From: Oculina patagonica
Taxonomy: Eukaryota
DNA: 64,000 nucleotides
Assembly (NCBI RefSeq): GCF_052425735.1
Contig: NC_135769.1
Location: forward strand, 14,818,001 to 14,882,000
Direction of reading: 5' to 3'
Shown here: positions 1-11,232 of the stretch, in pieces
How positions within the stretch are numbered: position 1 is the stretch's first letter
Layout of the letters: each line of letters opens with the position of its first letter
The notes under the pieces: generated by a model
Database searches by the model: none
Told to the model about the DNA's origin: nothing
What the model saw: only the letters and a program-made list of their open reading frames with translations
Position numbers and translations under genes: made by a program

Positions 1-737
1 GACCACAAAATATTCATGCATAGCTTGTGGGAGAAGTGTGTGTGCTCGGTTGGAATGTTCGATTGCTGAAGAAAACGAAGAAACGGTGGGATGGGAGGCA
101 AACAAAAGTGTTGGTTACTGTTTGCAGTGTGCTCCTGGGGGGGTTTCTGTCACGGTATTTTTCTCAATGTCGGGTCGAATGCTCTTTAAAATAAAGTTGA
201 ATGTTTTTTTTGACACTCGAAACGCTTTCTTGAATCTTCCTTCATCATATGTCGCCCAGACCAATTCCCACCATCATGTATTTCTGATACTGCGATGACA
301 ACTCCGGTGACGCTGAACATCTTCATCTTCGACTAATTGTAACAGAAGACCATAGTTAGTAGACTATGAGCACACAAATCGATAAACAATCTCGCGCAAG
401 AAACCTTTTCTTCATCACTACCAGTGTCAACATTCGACGTCGCAGCTGCCTTTTCCGCTGTCTTTCTCTGGATATTTTCTCCAACAATAATGCCTTCGTA
501 AACCTCGCCAGGTTGTTTTGGTTAAATCTGCGCGCTCCGAAAAAATTCGCGATCTCCCGTTAGTTTTTGCGGGAATTATCCCCGCCACTGGTCAGAAGTG
601 CTGAAGACTCGGGTGAAAGATTAAATTCGGTTGAATTAAATTCGACGTCTAAATCAGGCGGCAATTAACGTCGACTAATCGACGAATTTAATTTGAATTA
701 AATTCGTCTGAATTAAATTCGACGTATAAACAGGGCC
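1..737 (-). mobile_element. Decayed PIF/Harbinger DNA transposon, one end only (continues beyond the window start)
   Basis: Terminus ...AATTAAATTCGACGTATAAACAGGGCC ends at 737 and is followed by TTA (TWA is the Harbinger target). Subterminal AATTAAATTCG repeats lie at ~620-725. A transposase-like fragment is inside. Confidence 0.75.
137..300 (-). pseudogene. Harbinger/HARBI1-like transposase N-terminal fragment with in-frame stop
   Basis: Manual translation gives CHRSIRNT*WWELVWATYDEGRFKKAFRVSKKTFNFILKSIRPDIEKNTVTETP, matching the WW...F+..FR+S+.TF..+L motif of Harbinger transposases. Similarity is lost after ETP. Confidence 0.7.
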
Positions 738-2467
738 TTATTCTTTTATTATGAGACTTCGTTCCTCAAAATTTAATTTGTATGGTTAGTAGATAGTTTT
801 ATCATTCGTAAGGTAGCAGTCGTTTCCTTTCCCAAACACTTGAAACGATCGATCGCCAGACGCAAACGAATGCATCTGTGAAAGAAGCAAAAATATGGAA
901 TGTAAATTCGACTTGAGTGAGTTAGAAATGCTTGTTTGTTTTCAAGTAGCGCGCTTCGAATGTTGTCATTTACGTCTGCATTTCCGGTAGTATTCTATGG
1001 CGAATGTACTTTTAAACAATACACTGAGTTCTTGCAAAATCTTGGACAAATTTTACGGCTGCCTTCGCCGGAATTATTTACTGATAAACACGCACTGTAA
1101 TCAGGATTTATCGTATCCGGATAAAGAAGTCGACGGTTGAAAATATACCGTAGAGCTAACGAACCATAAAGAGCAACAACTGCAGTTCTGTTTATTCTTG
1201 AAGAGGAAATTTTTGGTTTCGTTCAAGTCAAAAAGTGCTAATCTTGAGCAGGCTGAATCTTGAGTTTGAAGAAGTGTTATCTTGCCGTGTTGTCAAGTTT
1301 AATTATGTCACTCTCACGCTTCGGAGAAATATGTCAGTCCACTGTACTTTCCCACACAAGAACACAATCAAAATGAAAGCGAGCAACTGATCGCTACTTG
1401 TATTAAAATCACCAGATCGTTATATAATACCGAATAACCACCGGGATAGGCGTACCGTAACCTGAATTTACACATTCGACAAGCAAGCAACCTCGGCGCG
1501 GCAAAGCAGCGCTCGTGTCAATTCCGAAGCACATTGCGACACTGCGAAACCACTCACAAAATCAAAGCCCGTCGATGTATGTGCTTTTGGAAACAATAAA
1601 AATTCTAGTTATTCATTTTTATAGGGAATTTCTCATTTGAATCTGCTTCGCCGAACTTCGATCGTCCTCGTCGACCAGCGCTTGTGTGAAAGAGCGCTTG
1701 ATCGGCTTGCGGCGGTTGGACAGGTCCAACTAGCTACTTCAGTCCATTTAGTGTCACGATATTTCGTTGTGCGATTCATTTCTGCTAGAAACCCGCTCTG
1801 CCAAGTCCGCAGATGGCAACATATCGTTCTTGTCGGACAAGATTTTGATTTATCAACGAAAAAGCAGCAACAATTTCAGCTGAAGTAGTGAACTTCACTG
1901 TGTATCAACAAAATCTAAGTGTAAACTGATCCGTGGAACCACTTACTACGTCATTCGAGCCAAATTCGTGTCCAGTCTCCGGACCCACTGTTTTGTCTTA
2001 CCGAGGGCACTTTAGGCGGCAAAAAGTCCGATTTCTCTCTCTTTGACATTATTCTATTTTTACCTTTTCGGAAAGTAGACATAATAAGCTACCAAAAAAA
2101 GCAAAAAAGTTTTTTACTTCATAGGCACTTTAAGCAGCCGAAATTCAAAACCTTTCGCTTGTGTAGGTGTAAGAAATCAATTTCCATGCAGAGTGTCACG
2201 TCTTTCAAGTTTGTTACAAACAATTAAACTGAGGTTGAAATAAATGCAAGTTGATTGGTTTACGTTACTTTTTACCACTATTATTTGATTAAAAGGTAAA
2301 ACCTGCCGGAAAAGGTGACTTTTTCGTTTTGTTTTCCACTCCTCTATAAAATCGGGCGACGGATATTAAATCGGACGGGGTTTATTATTTGATACCCGTC
2401 GTTCGATTTTGTACCACGTGATGTGTTTCTCCAACGAGAGCGCGCAGAAATTAATCGGGGGTTAGAA

Positions 2468-2743
2468 TTAACAACTATTTTATATACCAAGGTGGAGGTG
2501 CTAGTGGTGGATATTTACCGAGCCGCGGAGCGGCACCGACACTGAGGCGAATAGTTGTTTTAGTATATACTAAAACAGTGAGATAATATAACCCGAAAAA
2601 AATGATTTTGTCTTATTTATTCCTGTAATGATTATAATTTTCTCGCGCGCGTTGCTCGGAGGTGAATAGCAAAGGATGTTCGGGGTTTGAGTAGCCAATC
2701 AGCTCGCGCCGAAAACGCTATCCACTATTTTAGTATATTCTAA
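2468..2743. mobile_element. Small non-autonomous hairpin element (Crypton-like, tentative)
   Basis: Starts TTAACAACTATT, which pairs with AATAGTTGTT at ~2550. The apex is GCCGC-GGA-GCGGC. A second inverted pair is TAGTATATACTAAAACAGTG / CACTATTTTAGTATATTCTA. No TSD is visible. Confidence 0.55.
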
Positions 2744-4994
2744 TATACTTATATCAAGTCATACGAAACCGGAGTAATCCACAAAACAGCATATGCTAAA
2801 TTGATACGGGAACATTGTACTTTTCTAAATATGCCGAACCTTTCCCCTAAGAATTAATAATCTGCTTACAATTAAACAGTCTCTTAAACTTAATCGGATA
2901 CATACTGTCTATGGCGAAAATTTATATAGACAGAGGTTGATCGTGATGGCGATAGATCTTATCGCAAGTTCAAGTCGTGTATATCCGGAAAAATCTGCAT
3001 GGCAAGCTAAGCTGACGAAAAAACTAGGGCCAATTACTTGAAGCTACGCAGAGATATAAGCGACACACCCTACTCCCGTATTTTGCTTTGCTTCGATCCA
3101 GAAAAGTTTCCTCCATTTATAAACTTTGTGATTGGCGAGCAACGTGAAACAGCATCAACTTCCCAACACATATCAGAATATATTTTATTGAAACACTTTG
3201 TGTTTATTCTACAACTCATTTGTAGAGTAACTCTTAGCCGACGGTCAGTCTGAATTCATTGGACTCGTTCAGGTGCGGTTGAGGTGCCATTCTGTAACAG
3301 CATTGTCTGTAGAAAATGTAATTCTTTGTACATTAAAAAGAGAAGAAGAAAAAACAGTACTTTAATATTCAATTCATGTTATGGGGTAAAGTCCTGTATG
3401 AAATTCGGCGTAGACTAAAGAAGATAAAGGAAGCAAAAAGAAAAACAATTCTACAATAAATTAGTGGCTGTCGACAATATGTTTTGTGTATCTTTATCAA
3501 CGTTAGCACAGAAGGTCTTCAAGCCGCAAACATTGTATATATTGCATTTTTAAGAATTATTCTTTTGTTTTTATTCATCATGCACCTCAATCGGCTTGAA
3601 ACTTCAAAGTCGAGGTTCCCTTAGCAAAGAAACGTTACTGAAAATTTTTCGTTATTGCTTTTAAAAAATGTTCGTTGAATTAGCTTGTTAACTGTAAAAC
3701 ACATTTACTTCAGTAACATCAGGATGATTGGGCAATGTTTTTAAAAAATGTCGCGACCATATTGATTTAAAAGACTTAAAGAGTTTAGAGACAAAAATCG
3801 CCAAGTTTAAATTAAAACGGATATTTCAAAGAAAGCCATATATTGTGTGGGCGACACACGTGAATATTGACAAACCCTACTGGTAAGAACCGATGCGATT
3901 GTAAATAATACAATTATCTACCGCGACTCGTACATTCTAAAAAATAATATCTATTATTTTGAATGCCAATCACAAAAAGGAAATTTTGATAAGCTAATTT
4001 TGGTTTGTGAAAAGGTAAACAATAAAAATAAGCGGCATGACTACAGCAGAAACGCACTTGATTATTTCTAATTTTGCATTTTTACGCCTCTTTATTTTCA
4101 CTAAAGCTTCAAAATTTCGCAGGAAATTATTTACTTCATTCACGTGCCAAAATTTTATAACTGTCAAAAAATAAAGCGTCTTTTGTCTCCGGTCACAATT
4201 CACTGGGTTCAAAATCATGCAACGAAAGGAACGTTTATATGTATGAGGGAACTATGTATTCTGGAGTGAAACGAGCGTAATAAACGAGTCTTTTGCCGCG
4301 TAATAACATTGTTATCACTTATTAGTATGTGAATTGATAATTTTTTGTATCTTCCTTTGGCAAGTGAAAGTTCATAAATTATTACCTAACACGCTAAAAG
4401 TAGCCAATTTACTCTGCACTGAATACTTGATTAAATTATTAATGGTAGAAAGAATGGTTGAAAATTCAAACAAAATTCTATTTTCCGCGTTGAACATGAC
4501 CAAAAAATCTCGCGTCTCCTCTGCTTATCTCGTTCAAAGACAGCGACCATAAATAAAGATTTAAGTAAAGGCATCTTTTCAACTGTCTGCGTGAGAATGT
4601 TCAAAAAACAGACCATTTTACTGGCAGGTGGAAATTAGTTATATTTTCACCATGTTGTGTCGCTCTTGATTGGTCAGTGTTACGCGTTAAAGTTCAGGTA
4701 ATTGGTTCGTGTGCTAATAACGTTTAAGAGCACCTTCAAATAAAGACAATAAATTGTTTGTGCGAAGGCTTGAACGTTTTATTCAAAGAAAGATCATTTG
4801 AAAACAGGAAAGTGCTCCTTGAATCATTATAAACCCGGTATTAGTTTGGTTTCTACAAGATGCATTTCTCTGGTTAAAGTACAAAACAGTGATCGAAGGA
4901 ATATCCGAAATGACATTGAGAGAATATTGACATAATAATATTCGAGAGGAACAACAACTAAATGTAAGTGATACGAACTGGCAAAGATTTCGCC

Positions 4995-6311
4995 ATGAGT
5001 GAGTCTAGAGCATCTTCGCCCCTTTTGGGTAAAGGAGAGAAAACAGGCCAAGATGATGACGAAAAGGAGTTAGAGAACAAAACCTCTTCTCTTCAAGCGT
5101 TTTTCAATATTTTTAACGCCAACATGGGCACAGGAGTCCTTGCCATGCCATATGTTATACGTTTGGCAGGTTATTGGGGAATTATTCTCATAATTCTCGT
5201 CGCTGCTCTCGGCAATTACACAGGAAAGCTCCTGATCTACTGCTTGCGAGAGGACACGGCTTATGAAAATCTCTCCAAGTCGACGTATGCTGACCTGGGT
5301 GAAGCGTTCTGGCCGCGCTATGGCCGTGTTATGGTGCACATTACTAACTTTTTTGAGCAGTTCTCGCATTGCACTCTGTTTCTTATCATGTGTGGGACTG
5401 TGTTACACCATACTTTTCCGGATAGCTTCGTGTCGGAGAGCGTTTGGATAGCTGTCGTGTCCATTGCCGTGCTGCCGTGCGCGGGCGTACGTACAATGAA
5501 GCACATATCTTGGATCAGTATCTTGACTGTTATCGTCGCTCTGGTCACTTCAACCTGTGTGTTGGTATATGCCTTGGCTCACTATCATCAATGGAAGACA
5601 CACGAGCTAGCTTCGTTGAAGTTCAAAGAAATGTCCATCGCCATGGGAATAATCGTGGTGACGTATTCCTCGCAAGCCTATCTGCCGATCATTGAGAAGT
5701 CCATGCGATACCCAGGAGAGTTCAACGCCATCATGGATTTCACCTATACGCTTGTTACCATCATCAAGTTCAACTATGGAATCCTGGTGTTCTTTTGTTT
5801 CCGAGAACACACCGAGCAGATCATGACATTGAGTATTCCGCATGGCGCTTTTCGCATCACTCTTTCCTTAGCAGTTATTGTGACGGCCCTACTGTTTTAT
5901 GTCGTCCCTATGTTCACTCTCTATGATATATTTGAATACCAGCTCAATATCCCCCTGTTTGCCGAACTCAAAGACGAACCGCTTCGGTGCAACAAGAATT
6001 CAACCCCAAAATTGGTATTCAGGTTCGTTTTTATTTTGCTCTCTACTCTAGTGGCAATTTTCGTGCCACATTTCGGTTTATTAATGGCCTTTGTCGGTAG
6101 TTTTACCGGCACAATTCTAGTGCTAATTTATCCCTGTCTTTTCCATATTAAGCTTCATTATTCTACTATGCCTTGGTATCATATACTATTTGACTTATCT
6201 ATAGCTGTGTTTGGTATCGTAGGCTGTGTATGTGGAGTAGTGTTTTCTTCCATTCAGATCGCTAAAGAGTATGATTTTTATAGAATGTGGGGAATCGAAC
6301 CTGACGAGTAA
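4995..6311 (+). CDS. Amino-acid transporter, Aa_trans family, SLC32/VGAT-like; intronless, 438 aa from first ATG
   Basis: About 11 hydrophobic segments. Motifs include NANMGTGVLAMPY, YTGKLLIYCL, TYADLGEAF, YSSQAYLPIIEKSMRYP and PHFGLLMAFVGSFTG...YPCLFHIKL. The first ATG at 4995 is in GCCATGA context; the ORF track starts at an upstream GTG. Confidence 0.92.
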   Translation: MSESRASSPLLGKGEKTGQDDDEKELENKTSSLQAFFNIFNANMGTGVLAMPYVIRLAGYWGIILIILVAALGNYTGKLLIYCLREDTAYENLSKSTYADLGEAFWPRYGRVMVHITNFFEQFSHCTLFLIMCGTVLHHTFPDSFVSESVWIAVVSIAVLPCAGVRTMKHISWISILTVIVALVTSTCVLVYALAHYHQWKTHELASLKFKEMSIAMGIIVVTYSSQAYLPIIEKSMRYPGEFNAIMDFTYTLVTIIKFNYGILVFFCFREHTEQIMTLSIPHGAFRITLSLAVIVTALLFYVVPMFTLYDIFEYQLNIPLFAELKDEPLRCNKNSTPKLVFRFVFILLSTLVAIFVPHFGLLMAFVGSFTGTILVLIYPCLFHIKLHYSTMPWYHILFDLSIAVFGIVGCVCGVVFSSIQIAKEYDFYRMWGIEPDE

Positions 6312-8810
6312 CGAGTAGTTCACCACATTGCTATCTCAAAAACAGATTGAGGTCTAGATTGACGTCAGGCGGGTATGTTACCAGAGAAAAAAATTCAAGA
6401 ATAGATTTCGATTATTCGTCACTGGAGAATTTATTTTGGAATTTTCTTTTTGGCTTCACTGTCCAAAAACTTTATGTTAGAAAATATATTTTCTTACCTG
6501 CGTTGGCGTTGGTATTCAAAAATAAATTCCTCCGCTGACACAACTTAGTTAGCGCTTGCTTAAGCAATTTTCTTGGGCAAGTATATAGCAAGTATCTTTA
6601 CGTTATCTCTTATCGTATTTTTACTTTCCTTGTTTTAGAGACAGCTGTCAATCGCGGTCACAAACCTTTGCCACTTCTTTTCGCAATTAACCTAACACAG
6701 TAAGCGCCCTCCCCCGTTACACCTACACAATAACCAAAATAATACCTATTATTTCATAGAAATGCTAATAATTACGTAAAGCATTTAAAGGACATTATAA
6801 AATTTGGTTTTTGTCCTTCCAACTCTTGAAATTTTAAAAAAGAATCCCTCATATATCATTAAAACAGGGGTATGAAATAAGGACAAACTGAACATAATAT
6901 AATGATGGATATGAAGCTCTTACTGACCAATAAAATTGCAGATGAAAGAAAATAGAAAAAAATGTACGAAGACTGTTGTTTCCTAATTTTAATTTTGAAT
7001 ATCATGCAAGGCAAATAAAAGAACGGCATTTTTAGGGTTTGTTAGCTTGACAGGTTCTTCCTATATCCTAAACAGACAAAGTTGGGTGTAAACAAAGCAC
7101 GGGGAAATTTACTGAAAAGGCAACTCTGCTTTATTTTCTTCCTTCCTTATTATTCAATGAATCATACAGTACTGTCTTCAAGGACTCCTTCAAGCGACGT
7201 TGTTATGGCTAAGTTGTGTGTTGTAAATAAAATACAGTAGAATTTAGAATAATGTTGAACTAGAAACAAGAGAATTGTAAATACTTACAGGTAAAATTTT
7301 GTTGGGTGAAATGTTAAATCAAGATATTCGATCGAGTATCTAAGTAAAGTAAAGTTATTGTTTTAAGCTCTTGTCTTTCGTTTAAACCCATTAAACGAGG
7401 ATATATGAGGATATTCTGCATTCCTGTGTAAGAATTATTTGAATTCTTAATATAAGATTACATTAAAATTCCATCTGTACGAATTCTTCGGATTTTGGGG
7501 AGTTAATCAAATTTTAAAACATTGATGAATAAAGCAAAAAATTTAATACAGACTTTCGTGAACGTTCTTGAAATGAAATATCTCAACAAAACACCAAAAC
7601 AAAATATTCCCAAAACGGCCATTCTTTTTCTATGTCAAATCGCGGATCATGCCGGCCAGAAGTGAAACACACTTGGCTGGAAGTCAGTAAAGTAAAGCGG
7701 CCGGCTGGCTGGAGTGGGGTCACTCGGTCCAAAATGACGCATGAAAAACTGTGCGGTATACATATTGGACAGGACAAAGAAGGAGCCAAAACCCTCAACC
7801 TCCCCCCTCCCCACCCCAACCCCGTCCATCAATTACCCTGCATGGTCTTTCTTTTACTGACGAAACAGAAAGCTTACGCCGAATTTGTTCGAGAAATTAG
7901 ATTGAGTAATACAAAAGAGAGCGCTATATGTCTTATATGTTGTTGGTTCTCGCCCATTCTCCGATTTTCCTCCCCCCAACAAATACTAACACCTGTTCAT
8001 TTCAATTTGATCCACAATCCGAAGGGAAACACCTTTTTTAGTCAAATACCGTTTAATAATACCCTCGTTTAACATTAAGGCTTAATTGGATTTACGGCCC
8101 AGTCCACAGCCCCGCACCCAATACACCCCTGTGAGTATGGTCTTTGTCTTATGGTCTTAGTTCTATAGACACTGGCCGAAAACAACATGCCAACGTTAAC
8201 GTTTTCGAGTGAAACCGTTTTTAAACGCGTGCATTGAAATGTACAAGTTTGTATTTTTGCACGTAAGGTGTTTATTTTTCCTCTTTGGAGGCCTTTTTAT
8301 GTAACTTTACTTTGCTTTCACATGGCTTTGTGTTTTGAAAATTCTTCTTAAATTCATTGTGGCTAAAAGTACCTTGTTTTCACATCGGGTGGTTGTATCT
8401 TATTAGTGTTCAGCGCGAACAGTAGCTCACTCTCTTCTACCTATACTACCTTTCAGTCTTTTCGCGTAAACTTTAAGATTTGATCCAACAACGTTTCTGT
8501 AAACTACCCTCACTGTTTGGTTAGGGACAGCACACTGTGCAAGAATTATTAGGATGGGTCTCTAACATACCGGAAGGCAACTTAAACACCCCTGTACAAA
8601 GACTGAAATAACATCTGAAGGCTGATAGCTAAAGTACAAACAGGCCCCAACCCCGGCCACAATTGCAAAAACTAAACTATTAAAGATATGATAGCGAAAC
8701 ATGATGATAGTCACTTCAGTATCAAGACGTGAAAATTGCGGACAGGCTCGGACTCGGGCACTGTCCATAAACAACAGGCATTCAATTAACTCGGGAATTT
8801 CGCGCAGCTG

Positions 8811-8969
8811 AAAGAAAGAAAAAAGGGAAAAAAAGAAACACACTAAGAAATAAACAAACAAACAAACAAACCAATAATGAAAACAATAACGAAAGAAAGA
8901 AAAACAAAAAGAACGAAAAAAGAAACGAAGGAAGAAAGAGAGGAAGAAAAACGAAAAAAAGAAAGACAG
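8811..8969. repeat. A/G-rich low-complexity tract including (AAAC)n
   Basis: About 160 bp of mostly A/G, directly upstream of the 18-bp minisatellite. Confidence 0.8.
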
Positions 8970-11232
8970 CTTCTACTGTTTCTTAACCTGCTATTGTTAC
9001 TACACCTTCTACTGTTGCTATACCTTCTACTGTTACTACACCTTCTACTGTTACTATACCTTCTACTGTTACTACACCTTCTACTGTTACTACACCTTCT
9101 ACTGTTACTACACCTTCTACTGTTACTACACCTTGTACTGTTACTACACCTTCTACTGTTGCTACACCTTCTACTGTTGCTACACCTTGTACTGTTACTA
9201 CACCTTCTACTGTTGCTACACCTTCACTGTTACTACACCTTCTACTGTTACTACACCTCTACGTTACTACACCTTGTACTGTTACTACACCTCTACTGTT
9301 GCTACACCTTCTACTGTTACTACACCTTCTACTGTTCTACACCTTCTACTGTTACTACACCTTCTACTCTACACCTTCTACTTTGCTACACCCACTTTAC
9401 TACACCTTCACTGTTACTACACCTTCTACTTTACTACACCTTCTACTGTTACTACACCTTCTACTGTTCTACACCTTCTACTGTTACTACACCTTCTACT
9501 GTTACTACACCTTCTACTGTTACTACACCTTCTACTGTTACTCACCTTCTACTGTTCTACACCTTCTACTGTTACTACACCTTCTACTGTTACTACACCT
9601 TCTACTGTTGCTACACCTTCTACTGTTGCTACACCTTCTACTGTTACTACACCTTCTACTGTTGCTACCCCTTCTACTGTTACTACACCTTCTACTGTTG
9701 CTACACCTTCTACTGTTCTACCCCTTTTTTTTTTTTTTTTTTTACTGTTACTACACCTTCTACTGTTACTACACCTTCTACTGTTACTACACCTTCTACT
9801 GTTACTACACCTTCTACTGTTACTACACCTTCTACTGTTACTACACCTTCTACTGTTACTACCCCTTCTACTGTTACTACACCTTCTACTGTTACTACAC
9901 CTTCTACTGTTGCTACACCTTCTACTGTTGCTACACCTTCTACTGTTACTACACCTTCTACTGTTGCTACACCTTCTACTGTTACTACACCTTCTACTGT
10001 TACTACACCTTCTACTGTTACTACACCTTCTACTGTTACTACACCTTCTACTGTTACTACACCTTCTACTGTTACTACACCTTCTACTGTTGCTACACCT
10101 TCTACTGTTACTACACCTTCTACTGTTACTACACCTTCTACTGTTGCTACACCTTCTACTGTTGCTACACCTTCTACTGTTACTACACCTTCTACTGTTG
10201 CTACCCCTTCTACTGTTACTACACCTTCTACTGTTGCTACACCTTCTACTGTTACTACCCCTTCTACTGTTACTACCCCTTCTACTGTTACTACACCTTC
10301 TACTGTTACTACACCTTCTACTGTTACTACACCTTTTACTGTTGATACACCTTTTACTGTTACTACACCTTCTACTGTTACTACACCTTCTACTGTTGCT
10401 ACACCTTCTACTGTTACTACACCTTCTACTGTTGCTACACCTTCTACTGTTACTACACCTTCTACTGTTACTACACCTTCTACTGTTACTACACCTTCTA
10501 CTGTTACTACACCTTTTACTGTTGCTACACCTTCTACTGTTACTACACCTTCTACTGTTGCTACACCTTCTACTGTTGATACACCTTTTACTGTTGATAC
10601 ACCTTCTACTGTTACTACACCTTGTACTGTTAGTACTCGAACCTTCTACTGTTACTACACCTTCTACTGTTACTACACCTTTTACTGTTACTACACCTTC
10701 TACTGTTACTACACCTTCTACTGTTGCTACACCTTCTACTGTTACTACACCTTCTACTGTTACTACACCTTCTACTGTTACTACACCTTCTACTGTTACT
10801 ACACCTTCTACTGTTACTACACCTTCTACTGTTGGTACTAGCACCTTCTACTGTTGTTACACCTTCTACTGTTGGTACTCAGAACCTTCTACTGTTGCTA
10901 CACCTTCTACTGTTGCTACACCTTCTACTGTTGGTACTCAGAACCTTCTACTGTTACTACACCTTCTACTGTTACTACACCTTCTACTGTTGACTACACC
11001 TTCTACTGTTGGTACTCGCACCTTCTACTGTTGATTACACCTTGTACTGTTGCTACACCTTATACTGTTGCTACACCTTCTACTGTTAGTACTCAGAACC
11101 TTCTACTGTTACTACACCTTCTACTGTTACTACACCTTCTACTGTTGCTACACCTTCTACTGTTGCTACACCTTCTACTGTTGCTACACTTTAACTTTCT
11201 ACTGTTGCTATACCTTCTACTTTTACTCCACC
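8970..11232. repeat. 18-bp minisatellite (ACACCTTCTACTGTTACT)n, about 125 copies, interrupted by T19
   Basis: Directly visible tandem array with a poly-T at 9725-9743. The unit is stop-free in all three + frames (TPSTVT, LLLLLH, FYCYYT), which explains the long ORFs in the track. Confidence 0.97.

Noticed and set aside
2005-2133. Possible TTAA-ended transposon terminus (CATAGGCACT|TTAA)
   Set aside because: No matching opposite end was found, so boundaries cannot be supported.
7289-7339. In-frame TGA in the candidate small exon as selenocysteine
   Set aside because: No SECIS was identified and there is no selenoprotein-like context. An ordinary stop is simpler.
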